A stretch of DNA of 64,000 bases from a virus, in IMG/VR virus record IMGVR_UViG_3300028571_000009. One strand, given 5' to 3'. The first letter of the stretch is position 1; each line of letters begins with the position of its first letter. Of this stretch, positions 30,846-40,912 are shown in pieces. The notes beneath the pieces were generated by a model. It was not told the origin of the DNA and made no database searches. It saw nothing but the letters and a program-made list of their open reading frames with translations. Both the position numbers and the translations under genes were made by a program.

Positions 30846-31772
30846 ATGGAAAACGGCATAAAGATGACACGATTAGGGTATGCTTGCATTAATCTTTCAA
30901 TACCATGTTCACCGAGCTTGAATATGCGAAAGAATACGTTTTTATCTAAAGGAAAAGAATATGCCGGCGCTCTTGCACTAAACAACGTTAAGATGCTTAG
31001 CAAAATCTTCCAATGGAATGAGGATAATAATATCAGAGTGTATAGAATGTCATCTGACATGATTCCATGGATGTCAGAGTATGAGCTCAACGAGCTTCCA
31101 CAGTTTAACGAAATATCACCAGTACTATCAAGCGCAGGTGCTCTGGCAAGGAAATATGGGCACAGATTATCATTTCATCCCGGGCCATTCAACCAATTGG
31201 CATCTATGAAAAGTAATGTCGTAACTAGAACTATTAAGGAACTTAACCAGCACTCAGAGATAATGGACCTTATGGGGTTTCCTGCCAACCATATGACAAA
31301 AATTAACATACACGTAGGTAACGCTGCTGAGGGTAAGGCTGACGCAACCAATCGATTCTGTGAAAATTTTAAATTACTAAACGATGGTACGAAAAAACGA
31401 TTAGTGGTGGAGAATGATGACAAATCGGGCCTATATACTATGCAAGAATTATACGAGCTCGTTCACAAGAAAATAGGCGTACCACTAACTTTCGATTACC
31501 TCCACCACTATTGTAACCCGGGCACATTAACAGAAAAAGAAGCGCTAACGTTAGCCGTATCAACCTGGGGAGAAGTTACTCCATGTGCACATTACTCATC
31601 ATCAAAAAAGCTCTGCGAAGATAACACTGCTAAATTACTTTCTCACGCTGATTACGTTTACAATGTAATAGATACATACGGTTTTGACCTTGATATTGTC
31701 ATCGAAGCTAAAGCTAAGGATTTAGCTACATTGTCATACGTTAAAAAACATTCTAGTGTTCTTCTTAATTAA
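30846..31772 (+). CDS. uvsE: UV damage endonuclease (UvsE/UVDE)
   Basis: LGYACIN, YRMSSD, SFHPG, NIHVG, VENDD, FDYLHH, HYS, HAD, IEAKAK. Confidence 0.92.
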   Translation: MENGIKMTRLGYACINLSIPCSPSLNMRKNTFLSKGKEYAGALALNNVKMLSKIFQWNEDNNIRVYRMSSDMIPWMSEYELNELPQFNEISPVLSSAGALARKYGHRLSFHPGPFNQLASMKSNVVTRTIKELNQHSEIMDLMGFPANHMTKINIHVGNAAEGKADATNRFCENFKLLNDGTKKRLVVENDDKSGLYTMQELYELVHKKIGVPLTFDYLHHYCNPGTLTEKEALTLAVSTWGEVTPCAHYSSSKKLCEDNTAKLLSHADYVYNVIDTYGFDLDIVIEAKAKDLATLSYVKKHSSVLLN

Positions 31773-31829
31773 GAAATGATTTGGAAGTTAAAATAGAATT
31801 ACTTAAATTAGAGTTAAAATTAGAAGATT

Positions 31830-32711
31830 ATGGAGAATAATACATTGTTAGTTAGTAGCGCATTCTATTCGGTACAAGGCGAAGGTAAAACCGTCGGCGT
31901 TCCTGCATATTTCATAAGATTAGGTTTATGCAATCTATCGTGCGGAATGTCTAAGAAATTCATGAATCAATTAAAGAAAGATAAGTCTTTAGCTGATGGT
32001 GAAATATTCAAAGGTGATTTAGAATTGGAAGGAAAAGCCAGCTGGACCTGTGATTCTACAAGCCAATGGTTATGGCGAGGTGAAGAAAAATCATTTCAGT
32101 ATATTATTGACCGTTGGAAAGAGCAAGGTATCTATGAAGATATTAAGTCAGGTGTAATCCATATTATCTGGACTGGTGGAGAACCAACGCTACCTAGACA
32201 TCAAGAAGCTATTGTTAATTTTACTAAATATTGGGTGACACAGGACCCAAAAGTAGAAAATAAATTAAGACAATATAATATAGTTAGTTTCGAGCCATAC
32301 TATATAAATAGAACTTCCGGTTTCTATGAAATAGAAACAAATGGTACAATCTATATAGAACAAGAATTGTTCGAATATTTAAACCAAATAAATTGTAGTC
32401 CAAAATTATCCGATTCTGGTATGACCGCTAAACAGCGTATTAACCCAGATGCTATCAAACGTATTATGGACCATAAAAACTATCAATTCAAGTTTGTAAT
32501 TAGTACAGAAGATGATGTGAAAGAAATGTTTCGTGATTTCATAGAACCATTTAACATTCCGTTAAAAAATGTGTATTGTATGCCGGGTCTAGATAATAGA
32601 GAAGATTTTCACGAAAGAACACGATTCGTATTTGAAATGGCTAAGAAGTATAAATTTATTGGTAGTACAAGACTTCACATCAGTTGCTGGGATAAAACCT
32701 TAAACGTATGA
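31830..32711 (+). CDS. queE: 7-carboxy-7-deazaguanine synthase (radical SAM)
   Basis: FYSVQGEG, FIRLGLCNLSC...CD, TGGEP, IETNG, SPK, RLH. Confidence 0.9.
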   Translation: MENNTLLVSSAFYSVQGEGKTVGVPAYFIRLGLCNLSCGMSKKFMNQLKKDKSLADGEIFKGDLELEGKASWTCDSTSQWLWRGEEKSFQYIIDRWKEQGIYEDIKSGVIHIIWTGGEPTLPRHQEAIVNFTKYWVTQDPKVENKLRQYNIVSFEPYYINRTSGFYEIETNGTIYIEQELFEYLNQINCSPKLSDSGMTAKQRINPDAIKRIMDHKNYQFKFVISTEDDVKEMFRDFIEPFNIPLKNVYCMPGLDNREDFHERTRFVFEMAKKYKFIGSTRLHISCWDKTLNV

Positions 32712-32875
32712 TACAGTTTGATAAACTCGGTTATTACTGGATTCTATGGAGCGACGGTGACGATGGAATCATGTTGTACCAACCGTCAGATAATACTACC
32801 GGACTAACTCCGTTAGCGTATTTAGGTGTTGGATTTGATGAATTCACGAAAATGTATAAAACTATCGCATCATGA
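32708..32875 (+). CDS. small hypothetical protein (55 aa, not in track)
   Basis: ATGA overlaps at both ends; MIQFDKLGYYW... Confidence 0.6.
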   Translation: MIQFDKLGYYWILWSDGDDGIMLYQPSDNTTGLTPLAYLGVGFDEFTKMYKTIAS

Positions 32876-33072
32876 ATCACGAACGCGTAGGTCGTTTACG
32901 GCAATTACTGGTGGATTATAAAGATATACAACGAACATCTGAACAGCTTGTCCCATCCAATGCACTAGAAATGCGATTAAAATCGATTATGCAACAAATG
33001 GCAAAAGCGAATGTTGAAATTATAAAAATTATTGAAGCGGAATTAACTAAAGAATTACAAAATGAAAATTAA
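32872..33072 (+). CDS. hypothetical protein
   Basis: ORF track. Confidence 0.55.
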   Translation: MNHERVGRLRQLLVDYKDIQRTSEQLVPSNALEMRLKSIMQQMAKANVEIIKIIEAELTKELQNEN

Positions 33073-33298
33073 AGTAACACAAGAAAACCATTATGTGGTA
33101 GAAACACGTGGCATTAAGAAAGGTGATGTACTTACCGTTAGAAGTTTCGGTCAAGCAGAGCAAGCAAAACGTGGGAAAGCATATTTAGTCGACGGTAAGA
33201 CGGCTGGTAGTGCTCCTATTGTGATATATGAAGATGAATGCGAAATAGTCGCCGAGCGTAGTAAGCGAGCAATTAACAATCCAACAACACCATTCTAA
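33062..33298 (+). CDS. hypothetical protein
   Basis: ORF track. Confidence 0.55.
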   Translation: MKIKVTQENHYVVETRGIKKGDVLTVRSFGQAEQAKRGKAYLVDGKTAGSAPIVIYEDECEIVAERSKRAINNPTTPF

Positions 33299-33299
33299 T

Positions 33300-33641
33300 A
33301 TGAAAGCACTATACACAAAATTTTTGAATTTTCTTCGCAACCGGTCAAACCCGAAAGTATTACGTACCGATTTAGTTACGTATAAATCAATACGTAAACA
33401 GGTCGACCTAGTTAATCAGCTGGTAATTAAGCCTGATTTTATGGCGCGCAATAACAACCCGTATTTTGATAAAATCAACCTACATGAATATAATTTAGAT
33501 TTATTGTCTGAGGAAGCGAAGCAAAAGATTGTATATGTTATTCATGAAGACAATATTATTAGAGCTAATGAGTTTGAAACTCGAGTATGTGTAGCTAATA
33601 ATGGTGTTGGGTACAATGACGTCATGACACTTCCGGAATGA
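33300..33641 (+). CDS. hypothetical protein
   Basis: ORF track. Confidence 0.55.
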   Translation: MKALYTKFLNFLRNRSNPKVLRTDLVTYKSIRKQVDLVNQLVIKPDFMARNNNPYFDKINLHEYNLDLLSEEAKQKIVYVIHEDNIIRANEFETRVCVANNGVGYNDVMTLPE

Positions 33642-33901
33642 AAAAGAAAGCTGCAAAGAAGCGTGCTAAACGCGAGGCAAAAGTTAAGGAGCATCAGTAT
33701 GAACGCATATGTACAATACAAAAGGTTCAACATCAATACGATTGGTGCTTACTAGAAATTCCTTGGATATCTACTAATAAGACACACGCAAAAACCGAAT
33801 ATCTTGGATTAGGTACTATCCATTCAATAGATGGAGTTAAACGAACCGATAAACGGTTATATCACTTCTTTAAGAAAATCACAAAACGAAAAGTAAAATG
33901 A
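33638..33901 (+). CDS. hypothetical basic protein
   Basis: ORF track; ATGA overlaps. Confidence 0.55.
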   Translation: MKKKAAKKRAKREAKVKEHQYERICTIQKVQHQYDWCLLEIPWISTNKTHAKTEYLGLGTIHSIDGVKRTDKRLYHFFKKITKRKVK

Positions 33902-34533
33902 GAAGAAAAAGAATAGTGTGTTTCGACTTTGAAACAACCGGCTTGGACTTTATTAAAGACCAACCAATTCAATATGCTGCACAATCTGTAGAAGTTGATG
34001 GTAGTATGAAATCAATTACGGGCTTCATAAATTATGATGGTACATTATCAGAAATCATTAAGAACCTAACCGGTATTGATGATAGCATATTACGTCAGCA
34101 CGGTGAGCCATACGAAGCCGGTATGGAGAAGCTACTTAAATTTATCGGAGTGAATAAAATATGTCCAGATAATGATACAATATTAGTTGGACATAATATG
34201 TTAAACTTCGATATTCATTTTCTTGATATGGCGTGCGGTAAGCTCGGATATGACACGATTAACCCAAGACTCTATTGGGACACTGCGGGGTGCTATAAAG
34301 CTCATAAACTAGCGCTAGTAAAGAGCGAGAGTGAAACTGTAGCTGAGTTCCATAAACGTGGTTTAGATACATACGCAAAAGGGCTTAAATTTAGGCTACC
34401 GGTTGTATGCGAAGCGATGGGTGTTGAATTTAAAGAAGACCATAGAGCAGATAGTGATACCGCAGCAACTCTTAAAGTATTCCTTAAACAAGCACAACTT
34501 TATAACAATCATTTCCACGAATTATTAAATTAA
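33898..34533 (+). CDS. DnaQ-like (DEDDh) 3'-5' exonuclease
   Basis: FDFETTG, GHN..NFD, HRADSD. Confidence 0.85.
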   Translation: MRRKRIVCFDFETTGLDFIKDQPIQYAAQSVEVDGSMKSITGFINYDGTLSEIIKNLTGIDDSILRQHGEPYEAGMEKLLKFIGVNKICPDNDTILVGHNMLNFDIHFLDMACGKLGYDTINPRLYWDTAGCYKAHKLALVKSESETVAEFHKRGLDTYAKGLKFRLPVVCEAMGVEFKEDHRADSDTAATLKVFLKQAQLYNNHFHELLN

Positions 34534-34559
34534 TTCAATAATTTTCCTTATATTAAGTT

Positions 34560-34919
34560 ATGACTCGAATAAATGTAGGCGTACCGCCACGTGAATTGAC
34601 AGGTAGACATTTAATAGCTGAACATAGAGAAATTAAAAGAATTCCAAATACCGTACGAAGCGGTAAGGCTGTTATTAAGAATATACCCGAATCGTTTACG
34701 TTAGGCCCGGGACACGTTAAATTCTTCTACAATAAATTGAAATATCTTAAAAATCGATACGAAGAGATTTACTCTGAATGTAAAGCCCGCGGATATAATG
34801 TTACATACTTCGGCGATGCGTGGGATAGTATACCAGTACATTTAATGAATGACTATACACCTGCAGCACGCGACAGAGACATTATATTACAGCGTATTCA
34901 TGAAAGATTATCTTCATAG
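34560..34919 (+). CDS. denV: pyrimidine-dimer DNA glycosylase (T4 endonuclease V-like)
   Basis: MTRIN, HLIAEHREIKRI, FTLGPGHVKFFYNKL. Confidence 0.9.
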   Translation: MTRINVGVPPRELTGRHLIAEHREIKRIPNTVRSGKAVIKNIPESFTLGPGHVKFFYNKLKYLKNRYEEIYSECKARGYNVTYFGDAWDSIPVHLMNDYTPAARDRDIILQRIHERLSS

Positions 34920-34973
34920 ATATTTTAACGACTCAACAATTTTTCTTATATTAATACAAAATAAATAATCTAC

Positions 34974-35006
34974 ATGATTGAATATCCAAAAATGTTGACT
35001 CAATGA
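34974..35006 (+). pseudogene. orphan 5' stub of dpdA (MIEYPKMLTQ*)
   Basis: matches DpdA start MTVYPKM; sits behind its own promoter-like motif upstream of the HNH cassette. Confidence 0.6.
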
Positions 35007-35016
35007 TATTTATACT

Positions 35017-35114
35017 AAACCGAAAGGTTACCTGGAACGGTATTGGTTTGGCGACTTTATATTAGTTCCAGGTTTTTTATTTTCTAGATATTTATATGTA
35101 AGCCAAATCAATAC
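35017..35114 (+). ncRNA. HNH-associated structured RNA element, copy 2
   Basis: same architecture as copy 1 with compensatory changes. Confidence 0.7.
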
Positions 35115-35116
35115 AT

Positions 35117-35932
35117 ATGAATTACCAAAGAATCTACGATTCGATTATCAATAACGCAAAGTTATTAGAAGAGTCAAGAAAATTACAAAAGAAGCAGAAA
35201 CTTAATTATTTCGAACGACATCACATTTTACCGAAATGTTTGGGTGGTAATAATGATGAAAGTAATCTAGTTTATCTAACGGCAAAAGAGCATTATCTTT
35301 GTCATCGATTATTAGTTGAAATATATCCTGAAAATAGAAAGTTGAAATATGCTATTTGGTTAATGGTAAGCGGATATAGTATAACCAAACAACGATACAT
35401 CCCTTGTAGTAGAATATATGAGCAAATTAAACGATTACATGCAGATAATGTAGCCGCTCAATTTATTGGTAAGCCCAAATCTATTGAACATCGCAAGAAA
35501 TTATCTGATAGCAATATCGGCAAAACATTATCGATTGAACGTAGATTGAAAATGTCCAATACGCTACGTGGTATGAAGAAGTCCGAGGAGACTAAACGTC
35601 GGATGACTAAACCGAAGCCAATTGTTACTTGTCCGCATTGCGGAGTAACCGGGGGCAAAAATACTATGGTCCAATGGCACTTTGATAACTGTAAATCACT
35701 GCCCGGTAATGAACACATACATGATATTAGAACTAATACATTACATGAATGCCCGAAATGTGGTATAAAAAGTACAGCATTATCAAATATGGTTCGATAT
35801 CATTTTGAAAATTGCGGAAAGAAAGTTGATTTACGAAAATGTCCATATTGTGGAAAAGAAATGGATGCTAGAAATGCTAAGAAGTATCATTTCGATAATT
35901 GTAAGTTAAAGAATTTGGTAATTGTAAGATAA
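35117..35932 (+). CDS. HNH homing endonuclease with NUMOD3-like and CxxC repeats
   Basis: FERHHILPKCLGG.N..SNLVYLTAKEHYLCH. Confidence 0.85.
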   Translation: MNYQRIYDSIINNAKLLEESRKLQKKQKLNYFERHHILPKCLGGNNDESNLVYLTAKEHYLCHRLLVEIYPENRKLKYAIWLMVSGYSITKQRYIPCSRIYEQIKRLHADNVAAQFIGKPKSIEHRKKLSDSNIGKTLSIERRLKMSNTLRGMKKSEETKRRMTKPKPIVTCPHCGVTGGKNTMVQWHFDNCKSLPGNEHIHDIRTNTLHECPKCGIKSTALSNMVRYHFENCGKKVDLRKCPYCGKEMDARNAKKYHFDNCKLKNLVIVR

Positions 35933-35945
35933 ATTGTTATATTAG
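35914..35945 (+). promoter_or_regulatory. putative promoter TTTGG-N19-TATATTAG for dpdA, carried in the HNH 3' end
   Basis: fixed-spacing motif. Confidence 0.55.
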
Positions 35946-35961
35946 AAAAATAAATTAAACT

Positions 35962-37200
35962 ATGACCGTATACCCTAAAATGCAATACTATCCGAGCTTT
36001 TCGACCGGCGAATTTGCAAACGACTGTAAAGACCCTAATAAGTTACTAGGAGGTAAACTTACTCCAAGATTCTACTCCAAAGAATTCCCCCAAGAATTTC
36101 AGCATCCATACTTCCTATTAACTGCGGGTCACTTATATAAGAAAATGGATATCCGCAAAACGATGGGCCTGGAGGATGCTCTAGTAATGGGTGATTCTGG
36201 TGGATATCAAATTGCAATGGGTGCAATGAAATGGGACATGTCCGTTAGACAGCAAATATTTGAATGGCTAGAAGCTAACTCAGATATTGCTATGAATATA
36301 GATATTCCACCCTACGGAGACATGACCGGTAAATTTGACGAATGTATTGATATCAGTTATGATAACTTTAAGTATTTCGAAAAAAATCAGACAGGCAAAA
36401 CTAAGTTCCTGAATGTGATTCAAGGTAATAACTTCCAGCAACGTCTTAAATGGTACGATAAGGTTAAAGACTTTGAATTCAAAGGTTGGTCATGTGGCGG
36501 GTGCCGTCTACCATATAGATTAGCGGCTAATATGACTGCCCTAATTGAAGGTAAAGAACACTTAAAGGACCGCAACGAATATCTTCACATATTAGGTACG
36601 ACAAAAATATCAGATTTCTTCTTCTTATCACAATTACAGAAATCATTGGTAGAAGTAGGTTCTAAAATGCGAGTTACAACTGATTCAAGCTCACCATCTC
36701 GGTCAGTAGCATTCGGATTGTATTATGTCGGTGCAAACCTTAATCTGGATACGTTTAAATCATTACATATTCCAAAAGCAATTTCTACTAATAAGGCGTT
36801 TGTTGCTCCGGATTGTTTACAAACAATCTTACCGCATCAACTAGATATGCCAATGCCAGCATCAACAGAATTTGATAAAATTATCAAAGGAATGTATACA
36901 TATGGTGACTGTGTGAATAATCTTAATGATAGCACAATGTTCATGACGTTGCATAATTTTATGCTATATCAGGATGTACAAACTGTAATTGCTGACTTCG
37001 TATATCATCATGACTATTTGCTTGAGCAAGTAACATCAAAAGATACATTCCACGTAATGCGAATATTAGATGAGATTATTAAGAGTGATAATCCGAGAAA
37101 GGTTCTACTGAAAAATGAATCGTATCTAATCGGATTGTCGACAGTAATCAATAATTCAACAGTTAAAGATAATAGTATTTCAGAATTTTTCACAGTATAA
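35962..37200 (+). CDS. dpdA: 7-deazaguanine DNA transglycosylase (TGT fold, DpdA3-like)
   Basis: GDSGGYQI, MNIDIPP, NVIQG, HILG, TDSSSP; context queD/queE/folE. Confidence 0.8.
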   Translation: MTVYPKMQYYPSFSTGEFANDCKDPNKLLGGKLTPRFYSKEFPQEFQHPYFLLTAGHLYKKMDIRKTMGLEDALVMGDSGGYQIAMGAMKWDMSVRQQIFEWLEANSDIAMNIDIPPYGDMTGKFDECIDISYDNFKYFEKNQTGKTKFLNVIQGNNFQQRLKWYDKVKDFEFKGWSCGGCRLPYRLAANMTALIEGKEHLKDRNEYLHILGTTKISDFFFLSQLQKSLVEVGSKMRVTTDSSSPSRSVAFGLYYVGANLNLDTFKSLHIPKAISTNKAFVAPDCLQTILPHQLDMPMPASTEFDKIIKGMYTYGDCVNNLNDSTMFMTLHNFMLYQDVQTVIADFVYHHDYLLEQVTSKDTFHVMRILDEIIKSDNPRKVLLKNESYLIGLSTVINNSTVKDNSISEFFTV

Positions 37201-37209
37201 ACATAAAAC

Positions 37210-37512
37210 ATGGACGCAACAAGAATTAAACCACTCGGAGACAGAGTGTTAGTAAAAGAAAAGAAAGCAGAACAAACCACTGCATCAGGTATTATCATCC
37301 CGGATTCTGTAAGAAATGATTTAGCCAAGTATGGTGAAGTAATTTCGGTAGGCCCGGGAATATTCACGCAGAATGGTGTACTAATTCCTATGACAGTAAA
37401 AGTGGGTGATACGGTATTAATGCCCGCCTATGAAACAAGCGGTACAACAGTTAAATTCGATGGTGTAGAATATACATTAATTCGTGAAGCTGAGTTATTA
37501 ATGGTAGCATAA
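37210..37512 (+). CDS. groES: co-chaperonin GroES
   Basis: KPLGDRV, TASGIIIPD, VGPG, VKVGD, REAELL. Confidence 0.95.
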   Translation: MDATRIKPLGDRVLVKEKKAEQTTASGIIIPDSVRNDLAKYGEVISVGPGIFTQNGVLIPMTVKVGDTVLMPAYETSGTTVKFDGVEYTLIREAELLMVA

Positions 37513-37634
37513 TTATTTCTTTGTAAGTATTGGTTTTGACCAACTTTTACATTATATTCAATTATTATTAACTTATTACTTATTAACTAATGCATAGATT
37601 TTGGTGCTGCGAGCATATATTTATTTAAAAAGAT

Positions 37635-38486
37635 ATGCAGTCAACATTAGTAACATGTGCCATTTGTAATAAACAATACAAATATATAAATAATACACAT
37701 CTTAAACAACATGGTCTGACTATAAAAGAATACAGACTTAAATTCCCCGAGTCAATTATTTGGAGCAATGATTTACGTAAGATGTTAAACACCGCGCACA
37801 CCGGTAAATCATACGAGGAAATAATGGGAGTGAATAAGGCTACACAAATGCGAGAGTTGCGTCGAAAGAGTGCAATAGCACAAATGCTTTCAGCAGACCA
37901 AATTGCTATTCGAAAGGAAAAATGTGGCGCAGCAATACATTATACCGAACAGCGAAAACATAATATGTCAAAAGGTATAACCGCTGATACTATTTCTCAA
38001 AGACGTGCCACTATAGAAAAAATTTATGGTTCGTATAATGAATGTATGCGAAGAGCATTTCCGGGCGGTAGAACATCTAAGTCAGCTAAATCATATATTG
38101 AAAAGTTTCTTGTAGAGCGGAATATCAATCCAGAGCGTTGTATGTATGAAGGTGGAGGCGTTACTGGAAAGGAATTCTATCAACAAATCATGTTACATGG
38201 TAAGAAGAAATTTGTAATGTATGATTTAGTAGTGTTTAAGAATTTGGATTTTCACGAAATTGACCTTATATTAGAATTTAATGGCCCATATCACTTTAAA
38301 TTACTTGACGTAGAACGGACACCCGATTTAAAATCAGTATACTTTTTAGATAAATGTGAGACCGTTAAATACTCGTACGAAAAAGATATTGCTAAATTAA
38401 ATCATGCGTTAACATTAACGAACAACGTATACATATATTGGCAGAAAGATAAACAATTAATAAAATATGAAGGACTCAACTATTAA
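37635..38486 (+). CDS. putative homing endonuclease (Zn-finger N-terminus, Vsr-like C-terminus)
   Basis: CxIC...HLKQHGLT..EY; YDLVVF...LILEFNGPYH. Confidence 0.65.
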   Translation: MQSTLVTCAICNKQYKYINNTHLKQHGLTIKEYRLKFPESIIWSNDLRKMLNTAHTGKSYEEIMGVNKATQMRELRRKSAIAQMLSADQIAIRKEKCGAAIHYTEQRKHNMSKGITADTISQRRATIEKIYGSYNECMRRAFPGGRTSKSAKSYIEKFLVERNINPERCMYEGGGVTGKEFYQQIMLHGKKKFVMYDLVVFKNLDFHEIDLILEFNGPYHFKLLDVERTPDLKSVYFLDKCETVKYSYEKDIAKLNHALTLTNNVYIYWQKDKQLIKYEGLNY

Positions 38487-39075
38487 ACTATCAAGTAAAC
38501 AAATTATTAAAGCTTCGAAAACTTTCGGTAAATTTCTAGTAGATTTAGGATTTACTGACTATTTACAGAATCCGCATATGGCTGATACTCCGATGCGAGT
38601 AACTAGAGCATATGTTGAAGACTTATTTAAAGGAATTTATACAGACCCCCCTAAGATAACAGCTTTCGAAAACACGAACGGGTATGACGGCCTAGTATTT
38701 CAGGGCGATATTGAAGTAAAAAGTTGTTGTAGTCATCATTTTCTCCCTTTCATTGGTAAAGCTCACGTGTCGTATATACCGGGCAAGGCTGACCAAGTTG
38801 TCGGCCTATCTAAGTTAAATAGAATTGTAGAATGGTTCGCCAGACGTCCACAGGTGCAAGAAAATTTAACAATGCAAATTCATGATTTCATTAATACCGC
38901 AATACCCGGTAATAAAGGCGTTGCAGTTGTTATTGGCGCCAAACATATGTGTGCATCTTGCCGCGGCGTTCGACATGATTCCACAATGATGACAAGCAAG
39001 TTATCCGGGGCGTATGAAACTAATGATGCCACTAGAAATGAATTTTATAAGTTTATCGAAATGTTACACAAATGA
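38467..39075 (+). CDS. folE: GTP cyclohydrolase I
   Basis: TPMRV, SCCSHHFLPF, GLSKLNR, RRPQVQE, HMCASCRG. Confidence 0.95.
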   Translation: MKDSTIKLSSKQIIKASKTFGKFLVDLGFTDYLQNPHMADTPMRVTRAYVEDLFKGIYTDPPKITAFENTNGYDGLVFQGDIEVKSCCSHHFLPFIGKAHVSYIPGKADQVVGLSKLNRIVEWFARRPQVQENLTMQIHDFINTAIPGNKGVAVVIGAKHMCASCRGVRHDSTMMTSKLSGAYETNDATRNEFYKFIEMLHK

Positions 39076-40010
39076 ACGTATTAGTAGTAGGATTAGGTAT
39101 TGGTAAGTTATATGTAGAACAAGCCACAAAGTTAGGATGGTACGTCGACACAGTTGATGTCAACCCAAATGCCGGAGCCACATTTACATCAGTGCCAATG
39201 GATATGAAGTATGATTTGGGCATAGTATGTGTTCCGAATTATTTACATTTAGATATCGCAGCTCAATTAATTGCTATATGTGATAAAGTGCTAGTTGAAA
39301 AACCGGGCTTTGCCACTAAGCAAGAGTGGGTAGAATTCTCACAGCAGTATCCGAATAGAGTATTTCTAGTTAAGAATAACTGTTTCCGTGATATCTTCTA
39401 TGGTATGGGTTTGAACTTTGATAAGATTGAATCAATACATTTTAATTGGTTAAACAGAAATAGAGTTCCGAAACCGGGTAGTTGGTTTACAACAAAAGAA
39501 AAAGCATTTGGTGGTGTATCAAGAGATTTACTACCACATTTAATTCAGGCAGCCGTTGCAATGGTTAGATACGATATTGATAATTTAGCATTTGTCGGTG
39601 GAGTTAAACAACAGAATTTTGAATTGGCTGATATTGTGAAAGATAGTGACCGGCCCGGTAATTACGCATATGGTGAGATTGACCCGAATGGTACATATGA
39701 TGTAGATGACCTAACTCAGGCAGAGTTCCTGTATGGTGATGTTTCTATCATATGTACCGCGACTTGGAAAAGCAAGAGACGAATTTATGAATCACGATTA
39801 GAATGGGTAATACAGTTTAAAGATGGTACCGAAATGAAATATAACGCAGGATTGTGTCCTGATTATGCTTACGGTACAATGCTAGAAGCCATTATGCAAG
39901 AACAAGCTCCGGCCAATTTAGAAATTCACCGCAAAATGGACGAACTCGTTCATGAAGTGATTGACAATTTATTAGAAGTTACAAAAGAATTCAACCCAGT
40001 AAAAGTATGA
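39072..40010 (+). CDS. Gfo/Idh/MocA-family NAD(P)-dependent oxidoreductase
   Basis: VVGLGIG, CVPNYLH, VEKP, GGVSRDLLPH. Confidence 0.8.
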   Translation: MNVLVVGLGIGKLYVEQATKLGWYVDTVDVNPNAGATFTSVPMDMKYDLGIVCVPNYLHLDIAAQLIAICDKVLVEKPGFATKQEWVEFSQQYPNRVFLVKNNCFRDIFYGMGLNFDKIESIHFNWLNRNRVPKPGSWFTTKEKAFGGVSRDLLPHLIQAAVAMVRYDIDNLAFVGGVKQQNFELADIVKDSDRPGNYAYGEIDPNGTYDVDDLTQAEFLYGDVSIICTATWKSKRRIYESRLEWVIQFKDGTEMKYNAGLCPDYAYGTMLEAIMQEQAPANLEIHRKMDELVHEVIDNLLEVTKEFNPVKV

Positions 40011-40039
40011 AAGTAGAATTATTACATGATATTGTGTGA
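40007..40039 (+). pseudogene. possible orphan 5' stub of dehydrogenase gene (MKVELLHDIV*)
   Basis: ATGA-coupled to upstream gene; ends at HEG insertion; LLH aligns with YFH|TTGK of ORF 40854. Confidence 0.45.
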
Positions 40040-40078
40040 TTTAGGCCTAACTTGCATATATTTATATAAAAGAATAAA

Positions 40079-40912
40079 ATGGAATCAATTTCATATGTAT
40101 ATGTGTATTTAGACCCTAGTAGCCCCGGTGAATTTAAGTATATGTCGAAATCTAAAGATATGATTTATGAATTTAATCATAAACCTTTTTATGTGGGCAA
40201 AGGAAGAAATTCACGCATGTATGACCATTTAAACAACAGTAGTATAATAGAGAATTATGCAAAACATCGAACTATACGGAAATTAGTTAACTTGTTCGGA
40301 AAATCCACCGTAAAGTCTTTTGTAATAAAATTTGCCGATAATTTAAGTAATGAGGCCGCGTTCGCTCTTGAGATTGATATGATTATGAGTATAGGCCGAT
40401 TAATAGATGGCGGACCGTTGACAAATATTTTAGTGGATTCAAATCTACCGCCCGATAATACCGGTGTAATTAGGGACACGGCTTATTGTGAGAAAATGCC
40501 ACGTACTAGACGCGGGGCAAATAACCCTAACGCCCTACTTACCGACAGCCAAGCAAAAGATATTTTCTTTGACCCGAGAACTATACCGGTTATTGCAAAG
40601 GAATATAGTGTCGCGCAGGGCAGAGTTCGTGATATAAAATTGGGACTATATTATGCTGATGCTACTGGGTTTAATGAAGGTAAGCTACCGAAACTACCAA
40701 TAAATAGTAAATATTTAGACCCTAGATATATCACCTGTGATGAAATACTAGATATTAAAAATTTAATCGAAATCAAAAACTATACATATAAACAAGTGCA
40801 GGTTGTACATAATTACAGTCTGGACTTTCTATTAAAATTAAAAAAATTAAGTTATGCAAACCGAACATACAAAAACAGAGACCGGTATAAATTACTTTCA
40901 TACAACCGGTAA
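40079..40912 (+). CDS. GIY-YIG-like homing endonuclease
   Basis: YVYVYLDP...FYVGKG..SRM..H...ALEIDMI..IGR...GPLTN. Confidence 0.75.
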   Translation: MESISYVYVYLDPSSPGEFKYMSKSKDMIYEFNHKPFYVGKGRNSRMYDHLNNSSIIENYAKHRTIRKLVNLFGKSTVKSFVIKFADNLSNEAAFALEIDMIMSIGRLIDGGPLTNILVDSNLPPDNTGVIRDTAYCEKMPRTRRGANNPNALLTDSQAKDIFFDPRTIPVIAKEYSVAQGRVRDIKLGLYYADATGFNEGKLPKLPINSKYLDPRYITCDEILDIKNLIEIKNYTYKQVQVVHNYSLDFLLKLKKLSYANRTYKNRDRYKLLSYNR

